Source: a virus
Direction: 5' to 3' (one strand)
Length of the DNA stretch: 64,000 nucleotides
Virus record (IMG/VR): IMGVR_UViG_3300046171_000267
Coordinates: 3,698 to 67,697 of that record
The notes under the pieces were generated by a model, which ran no database searches, was not told the origin of the DNA, and saw nothing but the letters and a program-made list of their open reading frames with translations. Shown here one piece after another: positions 37,667-47,995 of the stretch; position 1 is the first letter of the stretch; every line of letters begins with the position of its first letter. The translations under genes were made by a program, and so were the position numbers.

Positions 37667-40600
37667 ATGTCACGAGATCGATTTTATATTCCCGTAGTTA
37701 GCGATGTAATCCGTCTTTTTACTGGCGGTGGTGGTAGCAGCACACCTAGCACCCCAGACATACCAACAACTACTGTTAACAGGGCAGATTATTTAAATAC
37801 TTTAGACCCAATTGTCATTACTGACACAAATAGCAGTCCACTTACTACTAATTTAGTAAATGTTCCGATAGTAACGGGTGGTAACTTGGCTCCACTGGAC
37901 ACGAATCAGCAGATTATGCTGATTACTGACCCGATGAGGAATGCTCAGATAAATGCATCGATTATAGGTGAAATTAATCGAGCCAATAGTCTTGAGGATT
38001 CAGTTGCTGGAATAGATAGTCACCCACTTATTCAGCAATTGAGGGATGGCGAGATTACAGCAGAGGACATTACTGGGGAAAGTGCAGAAGCGGGGAATCA
38101 AATTGAGGCTACTCCGCTAAGTGCTAGTTTTCAGTATGAAATTAATGGCAATCCTGTCTCTAAGGAGACCTATGATGCTTATATTAATCCTGATGGGTCA
38201 TCTAAGGTTCCTGAGGGCTTTCTTGATGGAATGTTTCCGACCAATGAGGGTACTGGTATTGAATTTGGCACTGAGAATAATACTACTCAACCGACTGTAC
38301 CAGTAGTCACTGACACAAATCAGACAGTTTTTTATGATATTAATCAGACTAACCCTGATTTTGACAACAATGTAACATCTCCGTTCACTTCAAATTTAAA
38401 TCCAGCCGATTACGACTTGGATATGAGTAGGGACTCAGTGTTAGATGATTACACTGGTAGTGATTACAACTTTACGATGCCTATGCCTGATTTTACTGAC
38501 ATCAGTGTTAGGGATCAGATGATTGAGGCAATTAGGAGTTTTGAAGATGATAATTCATCGAAACCAAAGGAGCCTATTATTTCTAATAAGGTAAAGAATG
38601 CAGTCAAGGGATTGGTTCCTATAATAAGAGAAGCAGCTAGTGGTGATATTATAGGAGCGCTCAAGGAGGGGAAGAAGTTAATTAAGGGGGAGCAAGACAA
38701 GGAGAAGAAAGCCAAAGACTCGGATACTCCGACTAAGACAGCAGAGGAGATACAGGCGGAAAAGGATGAGGCTGATTATCAGAAGGCATTAGATATACTT
38801 GGCAGACCTGATCGTGCGGAAGCGCTGGCACAATCGCTGGCCAATGCAGGAATTATGGTTGATCCTCGAACAGTCCTTGAGGGTGATGTGCTTTTTTCTG
38901 AGGATGAATTTTTTACTCTTCATAAGATAATACAGGAGGAGAAGAGGAAAAACGGGGAGTTCATGCAGAGCTGGGAAGACTTTTATAAGTCATGGAGTGA
39001 GGTTGGCAAGATTGAGGAGTATGTACATACGGATGTTAGTTTTGATACCACAGGAAATCTGGAAGAGATAATTGATCCGATTAGGCAAAAGGTAATGATG
39101 GCAAAAATGATGGGCAAGAATTTGCTCGTTGTTTCGGATGAGGAGTATGATCGAATGTTGTCTGAGAATCCTGATTATGCACAAACTGCATACTTATCAG
39201 AAACTGACTTTATGCAGTATGCTGGGGCAGATCAGTATTTTGGGGAAGGAGCCACTTCAGAAGGTACGGAGCCTGAGAAAGAGGGCTACATGAGAAGTTA
39301 TGATGTCCTTAAGGCTATACGGGATGGTACATATGTTCATCCTGATCTTGAGTACGGGCCAGAATCAAAGGAAGACCCATTTTATAGTATTTCTATTCCA
39401 AATGCCGATACTAGTGGGCCAAGTGATGTAAGTAACATTTTGTTACCAGCTACTGCTGTAAATACGGCTCAAGATATAAAGCCCAGTGACCGAATTGATC
39501 AGTACTGGGAAAGTAGGGGGATGACTGAGGATGACTTTGGGAATCCTTTGTATGTAGAGGTAGACGGTCAAAAGGTAAGAAACCCTAACTTTGCTGCACC
39601 AATAAATGCCAATGATCTGGCACACCTGTATGATTTTAATGTCAATGATCCTGAGCATATCCAGACATTGTTCGATCCGCAGTCTATGAACTTTGCGGAT
39701 GAAAGTATATTTCCTCAGGGAACAAATCCTACCCCGCTAAATGTATATAAGCCTAATGAGGATGCATCTAGTGGGATGGTGGATCGCTATGGTGCAGATA
39801 TGAGGTTTAAGGACACAAATAGAGAGCGTTTTGATAGATATTATCGCTCACTACCTGTGTCATCTTACTCTTCTTACGGAGAGCCTGCGGGGGCACGGAA
39901 AGCAGGAAACTTCATGTCTCCATTAATGGATAGGCTGGGTGATCCTTTTTCAATCGTAGGGGATAGTGTGGGTTATGCTCTTGATACTGCAGCTAAGCCC
40001 TTTAATGCTTTGGGTGAGAAGCTTGGTGGGGCAGGGTTTATTCCGAATCTTATGGGAGCAGGTTTATCGGGAGCAGGTAACTTTGTTTCCAGTCTTGGGC
40101 AAAGAACAGATGATTTTATCGGAAACACAATCCCCGACTTTTTCTTTCAGGATGTACCGCAAACATTCAGAGGTGCATATCAGACGTATCAGGGTGATCC
40201 TGCAGGTAGAGTAAACCTTAGGCAAGGTGCTACGGGTATGCTTGATGGATTAGGGCAAACAGTAATGGTTCCAATAGGTGCAGGAATGGATGGAGTACGA
40301 TCAGTAGTACAGCCTTTTAGCAGACCTGAATCAGATAATCCATTGGATAATATGCGGTTCCCAACAGTGCCTCAACAAGGAGTTTCGCCACTCACTGAAA
40401 TCATGAGAGACAAGTATTTCCCGCAAGATGGAGGTTCTTCTTCTAGTAGTTCGTATATACCTACAGGTGATTGGGTAGTAGAGGACGGCATGATGCGTAA
40501 CCCTAGTGCATACAATAGTCAAGATGGTGCAAATAGTAGCTCTGGTAGAAGAGGTGCTAAATTTGGAGGAGTATCAGATCGTCTTTCAGATAAATATTCT

Positions 40601-40897
40601 AAGAACGGAATTAATCTTAATTCTCCAGACGGCAGGGCAGCCTTTGAGTCTGCTTACGGGAAGGAAGCCTTGGATGATGCTCTTAGGGAAGTTGGATTAG
40701 GGCATCTTGCAGGAACAGGAGTAGCATTAGAAGGAGAAGAGCCTGACTTATTTAAAGTTGTAGATAAAGAAAGCAACCTAAGGACACCTTATGGAGGTAA
40801 GACAATGCCATCTCCTGTAGATAAGCTTGGAGAAACCATTGCCGCAGCAGTAAAGGACGATGATGAAGAAGATGGAGCCTTTGATAAGGCACTTTAA
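37667..40897 (+). CDS. Large acidic hypothetical protein (virion/ejected-protein-like)
   Basis: 1076-aa ORF; Gly-rich amphipathic C-terminal segments. Confidence 0.6.
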   Translation: MSRDRFYIPVVSDVIRLFTGGGGSSTPSTPDIPTTTVNRADYLNTLDPIVITDTNSSPLTTNLVNVPIVTGGNLAPLDTNQQIMLITDPMRNAQINASIIGEINRANSLEDSVAGIDSHPLIQQLRDGEITAEDITGESAEAGNQIEATPLSASFQYEINGNPVSKETYDAYINPDGSSKVPEGFLDGMFPTNEGTGIEFGTENNTTQPTVPVVTDTNQTVFYDINQTNPDFDNNVTSPFTSNLNPADYDLDMSRDSVLDDYTGSDYNFTMPMPDFTDISVRDQMIEAIRSFEDDNSSKPKEPIISNKVKNAVKGLVPIIREAASGDIIGALKEGKKLIKGEQDKEKKAKDSDTPTKTAEEIQAEKDEADYQKALDILGRPDRAEALAQSLANAGIMVDPRTVLEGDVLFSEDEFFTLHKIIQEEKRKNGEFMQSWEDFYKSWSEVGKIEEYVHTDVSFDTTGNLEEIIDPIRQKVMMAKMMGKNLLVVSDEEYDRMLSENPDYAQTAYLSETDFMQYAGADQYFGEGATSEGTEPEKEGYMRSYDVLKAIRDGTYVHPDLEYGPESKEDPFYSISIPNADTSGPSDVSNILLPATAVNTAQDIKPSDRIDQYWESRGMTEDDFGNPLYVEVDGQKVRNPNFAAPINANDLAHLYDFNVNDPEHIQTLFDPQSMNFADESIFPQGTNPTPLNVYKPNEDASSGMVDRYGADMRFKDTNRERFDRYYRSLPVSSYSSYGEPAGARKAGNFMSPLMDRLGDPFSIVGDSVGYALDTAAKPFNALGEKLGGAGFIPNLMGAGLSGAGNFVSSLGQRTDDFIGNTIPDFFFQDVPQTFRGAYQTYQGDPAGRVNLRQGATGMLDGLGQTVMVPIGAGMDGVRSVVQPFSRPESDNPLDNMRFPTVPQQGVSPLTEIMRDKYFPQDGGSSSSSSYIPTGDWVVEDGMMRNPSAYNSQDGANSSSGRRGAKFGGVSDRLSDKYSKNGINLNSPDGRAAFESAYGKEALDDALREVGLGHLAGTGVALEGEEPDLFKVVDKESNLRTPYGGKTMPSPVDKLGETIAAAVKDDDEEDGAFDKAL

Positions 40898-41204
40898 AAG
40901 GTTCAGGAAAGTTCTAAAGCTAGAAGAAGTATCCCTGCTGGCTTTAGTTCGTGCTTTTTTTGTTACCGCACCGTTTTGGTTGTTGGCAAATAAGCCTGAG
41001 ATAAGAGAATGGAAAAGAAGATACAAGGTCTGCCTTAAGTGTCCGATTTTTGACAAGGAGTTAAGAAGGTGTCGCCCCTTTAACGGATCGAGCCGTGGGT
41101 GCGGATGCTATGTTCCTTTTAGTAATATATTCTACGATGAGTGCTGGAGTAGAAAAGAATACGGTGGCGATTACGGTTGGTCATCAAGTGATCAAGAATG
41201 GTGA
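40860..41204 (+). CDS. Cys-rich DUF6171-like protein
   Basis: R..VCLKCP.....RRC.....CGC......C pattern. Confidence 0.55.
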   Translation: MMKKMEPLIRHFKRFRKVLKLEEVSLLALVRAFFVTAPFWLLANKPEIREWKRRYKVCLKCPIFDKELRRCRPFNGSSRGCGCYVPFSNIFYDECWSRKEYGGDYGWSSSDQEW

Positions 41205-41497
41205 AGGGAATTGCTCCACCAGATTATAAAAAAGAGTTTATTTCCGTAAATATAGGCATAGGTTACGAAATTCGCTTTTATCATGAAGCGTTAGGAACTA
41301 GCCCAATCGGAAATCGATTAAGTAAGGGAAACTTGCCGCAGTTAGACCGCCACGCTGGCACTCAGGAAGAAGCTGATTTACTGTGTAGTAAATGGAACGA
41401 TTGGCTAAAAAACGACCCACAGTCCATATACACATCTATGACTCGCCCAAAACGCAAATCATTGCGAAAACGAGATGCGAGAGCATGGATTGGTTAA
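41198..41497 (+). CDS. Hypothetical protein
   Basis: ORF in operon. Confidence 0.5.
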   Translation: MVKGIAPPDYKKEFISVNIGIGYEIRFYHEALGTSPIGNRLSKGNLPQLDRHAGTQEEADLLCSKWNDWLKNDPQSIYTSMTRPKRKSLRKRDARAWIG

Positions 41498-41591
41498 AGT
41501 TTTTTGAATACTACGAAATAGGTGATGAATATGTCATCCAAGCAATGCCAGAAATAATCGTATTCTGGGACTTTCAATTTATTGAAGAATT

Positions 41592-41906
41592 ATGAAAAGA
41601 AACACCCCTCTTCGAAGGAAGACCCCCTTAAAGCGAGTCTCGAAAACTCGACAAAAAGCCTTGAAGACATACTCAAAACTGCGCCAGAGCTTCCTACAGG
41701 AATTGCCATTATGCGAGGTTTGTCCAACCGTAAAAATGGATCAAAGAAACCAAAGCACAGATGTACATCACAAAAAAGGAAGAGGAAAGCATTATCTAGA
41801 TGTAGATAGTTGGCTATCTGTTTGCCGACAATGCCATGATCGGATTCATGTGAATCCGTCTTGGGCGAGAGAAAAGGGCTATTTACTAGAACCAGATCGT
41901 AAATAA
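41592..41906 (+). CDS. HNH endonuclease
   Basis: CEVC...TDVHHKKGRG...WLSVCRQCHDRIH. Confidence 0.85.
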   Translation: MKRNTPLRRKTPLKRVSKTRQKALKTYSKLRQSFLQELPLCEVCPTVKMDQRNQSTDVHHKKGRGKHYLDVDSWLSVCRQCHDRIHVNPSWAREKGYLLEPDRK

Positions 41907-41949
41907 GGAAAGCCCCGCAATGATAACTATGAATACAAATATGAATTCA

Positions 41950-42138
41950 TTAGAGCTCATTGTCATTGCTTTCCTTTAGAACGCATTCTTCCTCGATATC
42001 CTTTTTCAGTCTTTCTTCGCGCTCTTTTACATTTACTGCGATTTCTTGTAATAAACCTTTGAATTTTAGTAATCTCGCAATACGATCCTGAGGAGTTTCA
42101 GGCTCCACTGTATCGTGCCACATGGTTGCTATATTCAT
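41950..42138 (-). CDS. Hypothetical protein
   Basis: Short ORF at the end of the replication operon. Confidence 0.45.
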   Translation of the reverse strand: MNIATMWHDTVEPETPQDRIARLLKFKGLLQEIAVNVKEREERLKKDIEEECVLKESNDNEL

Positions 42139-42198
42139 TGTCTAAGCTTTGATAACCAAAGTATACCTCGAAAAAAAAAATTTTTCAAGTTATTTAGG

Positions 42199-42678
42199 TT
42201 ACAACATGAACATTGATTTATTTAGGTTATCATTAGGTACGAAATAAGCAGGCGCTCCATAGTTCCCGTAATCTTTTTCCCACTCTTCTTTCTTGGCATC
42301 CTCTGAACTTATCCATCCGTTGTAAATAAAGCCATCAAGGTTACCACTCATGCTTACACAGATCATGTCATTATCATCAGGACGAACTTTGAGCTTTCCA
42401 GTATTGCTGAATCTTACCTCAATATTGTCTCCCACATCTGCCACATGAAAGGTATTCTTTGTGTGGCTGAAATATACACCCATCAATTTACAGAACGCCA
42501 TTTCTGCACATGATGACATTTGATGATTTAATAATAATTGCCCTGCGTATTTCTCTGGAAACCTTGATTTACGCTTGTTTACAACGGAATCTGCATGACG
42601 CATAAGTCCCGTTGTGCAACCCACAATTATCTCTTGCTCAGTTAAGCAGATTGTTCTTTCTTCCGTGCTAATTCCCAT
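42199..42678 (-). CDS. Hypothetical phage protein (degenerate PD-(D/E)XK-like)
   Basis: AEMAFCK...ADVG.NIEVR...GWI...A...PAYFVP. Confidence 0.5.
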   Translation of the reverse strand: MGISTEERTICLTEQEIIVGCTTGLMRHADSVVNKRKSRFPEKYAGQLLLNHQMSSCAEMAFCKLMGVYFSHTKNTFHVADVGDNIEVRFSNTGKLKVRPDDNDMICVSMSGNLDGFIYNGWISSEDAKKEEWEKDYGNYGAPAYFVPNDNLNKSMFML

Positions 42679-42929
42679 GCCGACCCTTGGTATCCGTCAC
42701 CTTGCCAGACAAACACAGGAGTATATTCTCCTGTATAAGCTGATCCTATATTGTGATCGAAGTTTTCTATAGACTCCTCTAGAGACCAATTACTTTTAAT
42801 CATCTGCTTCTCGATTATTTTTTCGATTGAATATACCGCTCGTCCCTTTCGGAAATCCTTTCCAATTATGCAATCGTCAAAACCATCAACAATAATTACA
42901 CCCTCATCAAAATCAAAGTCTTCCAACAT
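42642..42929 (-). CDS. Conserved phage hypothetical protein (DGFDDCIIG...NIGSAY.GE.TP)
   Basis: Motif common in aquatic phages. Confidence 0.65.
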   Translation of the reverse strand: MLEDFDFDEGVIIVDGFDDCIIGKDFRKGRAVYSIEKIIEKQMIKSNWSLEESIENFDHNIGSAYTGEYTPVFVWQGDGYQGSAWELARKKEQSA

Positions 42930-42962
42930 CTAATAAATTAGGTTACAAATTAATAAAAAAAA

Positions 42963-43184
42963 TTATCCTCTTATCCATAATGGTAAAAACTTCCAGTCAT
43001 TATCGTCGCACCCAAAAGGGCATGGCCCATGTGAGCCATCCTCTGGAGGGCATGACACTCCCTTGATATGCTCTTTCTGTAAATCACAAGTGGCACAACC
43101 GCTTATTACCCAGCTCATAAACATAACTAAGATAAGCATCAAAATTAGAAATCCCCAATCTAGAATACTACTGTAGTCTCTCAT
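42963..43184 (-). CDS. Small membrane/lipoprotein-like protein
   Basis: Hydrophobic N-terminus ending ISGC. Confidence 0.5.
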   Translation of the reverse strand: MRDYSSILDWGFLILMLILVMFMSWVISGCATCDLQKEHIKGVSCPPEDGSHGPCPFGCDDNDWKFLPLWIRG

Positions 43185-43708
43185 ATTACTATTTGTTTAC
43201 TTATCAATTCATCAGGAAGACCTGCCTCGCTAATATGTTGATCATTATTCCCCACACCATTTCTTATTACACGCCAGACTTCTCCTTTTAATCTTCTGAT
43301 CATTCTGCATTCATTTTCAAACCTAACATCATCTATAATGATGCGTCCCGACAATTGCTGCCGTTTCGCCTCGTCTTGATGTTCGACTATTTCAATTTCA
43401 GCAAAATTAATCCAAATATCAGAATACATGGCTCTGCCCCATTCAGTCCCCAAAGACTGCAAACATTTCCTGCCTGTCACACCTTCAGGAAATCCGATAA
43501 TCTGATCTTCCTTATCTTCATAGATGTAACGCTTCGGTATAATAACCTCTAGCATTTTCTTTATCGGGGTCGCAAAGCTGATAATCTCTCCACCAAGAGC
43601 ATTGGCGAGAGTAGACTTACCTACTCCTTTGTGACCTGTTAGTCCGATGATCGGAGGGAATTTAAATTCTTCTCCTGAAATCGCTTGGCTAATTTTATAT
43701 GTCTGCAT
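43181..43708 (-). CDS. Deoxynucleoside monophosphate kinase
   Basis: IIGLTGHKGVGKST, SFATPIK, RKCLQSLGTEWGR, IDDVRFENE, HISE. Confidence 0.88.
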   Translation of the reverse strand: MQTYKISQAISGEEFKFPPIIGLTGHKGVGKSTLANALGGEIISFATPIKKMLEVIIPKRYIYEDKEDQIIGFPEGVTGRKCLQSLGTEWGRAMYSDIWINFAEIEIVEHQDEAKRQQLSGRIIIDDVRFENECRMIRRLKGEVWRVIRNGVGNNDQHISEAGLPDELISKQIVI

Positions 43709-43971
43709 TTTTTAAAAGGTTTTTTTCCTGCCTTAAGCTTTGGCAGAACCATGTATTCATAATACTCGCACGAACATTCTCCGTAGCCATCATACTCCTC
43801 TAGGTCTACCATGTGAACGTTCATGGGGTTTCTTAGACTTTGAACCAAATAACGCTTCGCCTCCAGCCATCTTATCCCCATTCCGTTCTCTTGGTAATCC
43901 TGTTCCGATTCGTTTGCCATATTTATCAAACCCCCGAATCTGGTCTTGGCTCCAAAAGTAATCGTTCGCAA
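43639..43971 (-). CDS. SWIM zinc-finger protein
   Basis: CSC...CRHI; start uncertain. Confidence 0.6.
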   Translation of the reverse strand: MRTITFGAKTRFGGLINMANESEQDYQENGMGIRWLEAKRYLVQSLRNPMNVHMVDLEEYDGYGECSCEYYEYMVLPKLKAGKKPFKKCRHIKLAKRFQEKNLNSLRSSD

Positions 43972-44022
43972 TTTGCATTTCTTCTGGTGTTGGAAATCTT
44001 GATAACAAGAGTTTCCATTCCA

Positions 44023-44316
44023 TTATTTGGTGTTCTTGTCGTATTCCACCATTTTCTCAACAACTCGGTCAGCAAGCTTTTCAGTAAAGTCACCGCTTTG
44101 TTGTTCCAGAAGCTTGGTGCGTAAATCAAGTTTTTCGACTACACTCCCAATATTGTTAAGTACCTGACCCATTCCGTTCACAGCTTGAATTGATGCAGCT
44201 TGTTTCTCAATGTTAGCCACACGCTCTTCAATTGTAAGCTCTTGCTCAGGTTCTGCGTTCTCGTTGATGGATTCGATATTATCTTCTCCGTTAGTTTCTT
44301 CTTTTTCTTTTGCCAT
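44023..44316 (-). CDS. Hypothetical coiled-coil protein
   Basis: Likely ATG at 44316. Confidence 0.5.
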   Translation of the reverse strand: MAKEKEETNGEDNIESINENAEPEQELTIEERVANIEKQAASIQAVNGMGQVLNNIGSVVEKLDLRTKLLEQQSGDFTEKLADRVVEKMVEYDKNTK

Positions 44317-44654
44317 TATAAAGATTCCTCCTTTTTTCTGCCCCCTGCTGGCCAAGTAGCAGTGAATGGTATCAATCGATACTTTTCTTTTCTTCTTTTA
44401 TTACCTTGTTCATCTTCCCATGCGTACTGGCTAACTTCCGCTTCAAGGTAAATTCCGTCACCTTTCTTGAAGTTATTAAGCACGAAGTCTCCTGCTTTTT
44501 CCCACGCATCAATATCAAAGAATACAGCGGTATCTTTACCCTCTTTGTCCCTAATATTGTGAGCTACTGAGAACTGTGTTAAGTTCTCGACTTTTTCATG
44601 TTTAGCAGGGTCTCTAGTGAGATGACCCATTAGTGTTAGTTTTGCTATTGTCAT
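44316..44654 (-). CDS. ssb: Single-stranded DNA-binding protein
   Basis: LMGHLTRDP...FSVA...FFDIDAW...KKGDGIYLE...WEDEQGNKR. Confidence 0.88.
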   Translation of the reverse strand: MTIAKLTLMGHLTRDPAKHEKVENLTQFSVAHNIRDKEGKDTAVFFDIDAWEKAGDFVLNNFKKGDGIYLEAEVSQYAWEDEQGNKRRKEKYRLIPFTATWPAGGRKKEESL

Positions 44655-44670
44655 ATCTTTTAGTGTTAGT

Positions 44671-45978
44671 TTAGTGAAGTGTTGCTTCGGGTTTAAATCT
44701 TGATGTTGCCCCGAAGAAAGTGAGTGGAATATTTTTGCCTACTTTGCCGTTTCTTTGCTTTGCTACCTTCAGCTTCCTTTCGTCAATTTCCTCACTTTTC
44801 TTCCAGACGAATAAAACGATATCAGTATCCTGCTCGATTGCTCCTGACTCTTTAAGGTCAGAAAGCTTTGGTTCTCTGCCGATCTCATCTGCATCTCTTT
44901 TGAGTTGTGCTAAAATGACCACTGGAATCTTCAGCTCTTTAGCAAGGATTTTAAACATACGAGAAGCATAAGAAACCCGCTCATAGTTTGATTGGCGCTC
45001 CTGTCCTTTTTCCGAACTTATGATTTGAACATAATCTATAATGATCATATCCAAGCCTTTCTTTGCCAACTTTCTTGCCCTTGCTCTTATTTGAGAGACA
45101 GTCAATCCTGCCTCGTCATCAAGCCATAAAAACTCATCACGCTGTGTGCGGTTCAGCCACTCATTTGCTTCATTCCATCTGTCTCTCTCTGAAGCTGAAG
45201 CTGTTCCGTCTTCAATAGGAAAAATGGGACAGTCTGCTTTATGGCTCTGCATACGATGCATTACCTCTTCCGCTTCCATCTCCATATTGACAAAGTAGAC
45301 CTTCTTTTCTTCCTCCATCGCAGCAATTGCCATTTGCACAGCGAAAGCGGTTTTTCCTAATCCTGTTCTTGCAGCGACGCAGATAAGCTGGCTCGGTTTC
45401 CAACCGCCTTTTGTATACATATCTAAAGCACGAAGTCCTGTTCTTATTCCAAAGTCTTTTCCATCTGACTCTTGGCGTAATAAAATTCTAGCTTGTGCCG
45501 ACTTTAGAACTTCTGTCCCTGCTCTTAGGGTCTTCAAGTCTTGTTGCTGAAGTCTAGTTATATCACGATCCATTTCGGATAAAATTTCATCTGAAAAAAC
45601 ACCTTCAGTTGTTTTATCAATACAAGTCAGTAGCGAAGTGCGAATCTGTCTTATCCTGTAATTTTCAGTAAGAGTCTTATAATAACTTAAATATCCTGCA
45701 CTTGTATCAACGGACTCAAACACCTCCATTAGCTTGTCATACGGTGCATCGATATGATTATCGGTTGTCACAGCAACATCAATTAGGTCATCTGTCTGAT
45801 TCCTAACACATGATTCCCAAATCTGTTGATGTAGCTCTATTGCAAACCATTCTGCCGTTACACCTTCTGATATGGCATGAATTAGTCTTTCTGAATCCTT
45901 GGCGCAGCAAGCCAAGAAGCCCCTCTCCACATCAGAGGATTTGGTTGTTTTGTCTATACTCATCCAAGTAGTATTCAT
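44671..45978 (-). CDS. dnaB: Replicative DNA helicase
   Basis: AARTGLGKT, IIIDYVQ, LAQLKR, PKLSDLKESGAIEQDTD, AKQRNG. Confidence 0.95.
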   Translation of the reverse strand: MNTTWMSIDKTTKSSDVERGFLACCAKDSERLIHAISEGVTAEWFAIELHQQIWESCVRNQTDDLIDVAVTTDNHIDAPYDKLMEVFESVDTSAGYLSYYKTLTENYRIRQIRTSLLTCIDKTTEGVFSDEILSEMDRDITRLQQQDLKTLRAGTEVLKSAQARILLRQESDGKDFGIRTGLRALDMYTKGGWKPSQLICVAARTGLGKTAFAVQMAIAAMEEEKKVYFVNMEMEAEEVMHRMQSHKADCPIFPIEDGTASASERDRWNEANEWLNRTQRDEFLWLDDEAGLTVSQIRARARKLAKKGLDMIIIDYVQIISSEKGQERQSNYERVSYASRMFKILAKELKIPVVILAQLKRDADEIGREPKLSDLKESGAIEQDTDIVLFVWKKSEEIDERKLKVAKQRNGKVGKNIPLTFFGATSRFKPEATLH

Positions 45979-46480
45979 CTATTTCCTCCACACTTTTAGC
46001 ATTTTTATATTTCTCAAAAGCCTGCTCCCGTGCCACATGGAACCAATCCAATACATCATTCAGAACTAACTCAGGGGCATCTAGCTCCTTCGGCACAGGT
46101 CTCCATGATGGATCGTTTTTTAACCATGTTGTTAAAGCGAAACCCCACTCCTTGATCGCATTACCATTCGACTGTCTCCAATGAGACTGAGAATAGTAAT
46201 CAAAGAACTCCTTCGCTTTTGGCTCAACGGGTTCAGCAACTTTTCCTTTAAAATATTCGATAACCTCTTTGAGGTTCTTTGGGCGACTGCCCCTTCCTAA
46301 TGTATTTAACTTCTTCTTAGTAGCCTTTACTGCTTTTTTAACCTGAGGTTGTATCTCAGGCTTATAATCTGAGAGTGCTGCCAAGAGAACATTCTGAATG
46401 CTCGTTAGTCCAGTTCTCTCCCTAAGCATCTCAAGACGCTCCATTATGAAGTCGTTAGGTTTTAAAACAATCTGACTCAT
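45932..46480 (-). CDS. Putative replication initiator/helicase-loader-associated protein
   Basis: EVIEYF...AKEFFDYYS..HW...IKEW...TTW domain; directly upstream of dnaB. Confidence 0.6.
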   Translation of the reverse strand: MSQIVLKPNDFIMERLEMLRERTGLTSIQNVLLAALSDYKPEIQPQVKKAVKATKKKLNTLGRGSRPKNLKEVIEYFKGKVAEPVEPKAKEFFDYYSQSHWRQSNGNAIKEWGFALTTWLKNDPSWRPVPKELDAPELVLNDVLDWFHVAREQAFEKYKNAKSVEEIDEYYLDEYRQNNQIL

Positions 46481-46926
46481 AAATCCATAAGAGTTCTTGG
46501 TTCTAGTTCCTTGGGCTTATCAAGGGTTACCCTTATTCCAGAAACTTCGCATCTGAGCTTTTGAAAGAACAATTCAACAATCTGCCCGTCATCATTATAA
46601 AAGCCTAGCTTGCCAAGGCAGTCCTGAAACATTTTGACAAGGTTATCACAGTCAGGCTTGCGGTCATGATAAGTTCTGCCCCACGCTCTGATGGCTTTCT
46701 TCTCTGTCTTCAAAAAGGGTAGCATATAAATAACCTTTAAAGACAAAGCACCCTCTAGAGGTTTTACTGGTTGGAAGGGTAGGAGTAGTGACATGAAATC
46801 CTGCTCCTGCTGTTTACCTTTGGCAGTTTTATATGAAAAGGGCGTTCCATCCTTTTTTATCCCCACCCGTCTTGCAGACTGAGCAGTACTTCGTGGGGGA
46901 TTACATTTTACAAAAAAATCAAGCAT
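46477..46926 (-). CDS. rusA: RusA-family Holliday junction resolvase
   Basis: KPDCDNLVK...DCL....YNDDGQIV. Confidence 0.88.
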   Translation of the reverse strand: MLDFFVKCNPPRSTAQSARRVGIKKDGTPFSYKTAKGKQQEQDFMSLLLPFQPVKPLEGALSLKVIYMLPFLKTEKKAIRAWGRTYHDRKPDCDNLVKMFQDCLGKLGFYNDDGQIVELFFQKLRCEVSGIRVTLDKPKELEPRTLMDL

Positions 46927-47995
46927 CTCTAATTAGCGACATTGCTTTTGGTTTTATCCGAGTATGTGCCTCGATTCTTTGACGCAAATCCTGCTTCGCT
47001 TTTGCTACAGATTCACCCGTCGTTTTCGCCCATACCTTAACGAGTTCCGATTCCTTGAGCGAACAACAGCTAAGAAACTCATTAACCGAAAGATTAGCCC
47101 CGAACATTTTTTCAGCAACTTTCGGGACATCAAAAGAAGTAATATGACCGCTCGCACGAAGCTTAAAATTAGGTACATCAATGTTCTTTTGCAGACGCTC
47201 CTTGCAGAGCTTCTTAACTTCCTTGACGAATTGCTCCAGAGTAGAAGCCATAGACATTTTTTCACTAAGTTCCTCATTACTTACATTTTCCATATTTTCT
47301 ATTATTGCGTTTTTTGCCCATGCATGAGCTTCAGGGCAGTGAGCCAAAGCCCTACACCATTTGCAGTGAGTCCCTGCTTTTCTCTCAGCACCCTTCTCTT
47401 GAACCTCCCGTGAAAGCTGAATTAGCCGTGACCGCAATGACTGTATATTTTCCACATCAATTACTGCGGTTGTAAGCTTATCTAGCATCGGCTGTACAAG
47501 ACCTAAATTTATTGTTTTTAACTTGGGATATTCCTGTGCAAGAAGCACTGCATACACCTGTAGTTGCCTATTTTTGTCTGCGGAGGCATAGAACCCTTGG
47601 AAGAATTTATAATCTATAATTGATGCATTTTCTTCAGTTGCATCGATTTCATAAAAGTCGATCTCACCACTAAAGAATGCATTGTCGCCATCCTTACACC
47701 AAATTCTTTGCTCATGAAAAGTTTTTGTTGGCCCCGCCAACCCGAAATCTTTCCTGCAAATTTCCTGAAGCTCTCTAGCTCTAAATACGAGATAGTTTAA
47801 TTCATCAGGAACTTCATCTATCGGAGTGTTTTCGCTCATATGAAGATGAGCCTGAGTTCCAAGGTCAGCCTCTTCGGACTCCCGATCTGCAAAGCTTTGT
47901 TCTGCAAGGAACCTGCCCTTGCACTCAAAGAGTTCACCCATCGAGGAGCCCGAAGGAAGCCTTACTCCTTTATATGACCTTTTATCAGCCGTCAC
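46919..47995 (-). CDS. DUF2800/Cas4-like PD-(D/E)XK exonuclease
   Basis: GTQAH, SGEID, IIDYK, QLQVYA, CKWC.....CP. Confidence 0.8.
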   Translation of the reverse strand: MTADKRSYKGVRLPSGSSMGELFECKGRFLAEQSFADRESEEADLGTQAHLHMSENTPIDEVPDELNYLVFRARELQEICRKDFGLAGPTKTFHEQRIWCKDGDNAFFSGEIDFYEIDATEENASIIDYKFFQGFYASADKNRQLQVYAVLLAQEYPKLKTINLGLVQPMLDKLTTAVIDVENIQSLRSRLIQLSREVQEKGAERKAGTHCKWCRALAHCPEAHAWAKNAIIENMENVSNEELSEKMSMASTLEQFVKEVKKLCKERLQKNIDVPNFKLRASGHITSFDVPKVAEKMFGANLSVNEFLSCCSLKESELVKVWAKTTGESVAKAKQDLRQRIEAHTRIKPKAMSLIRDA

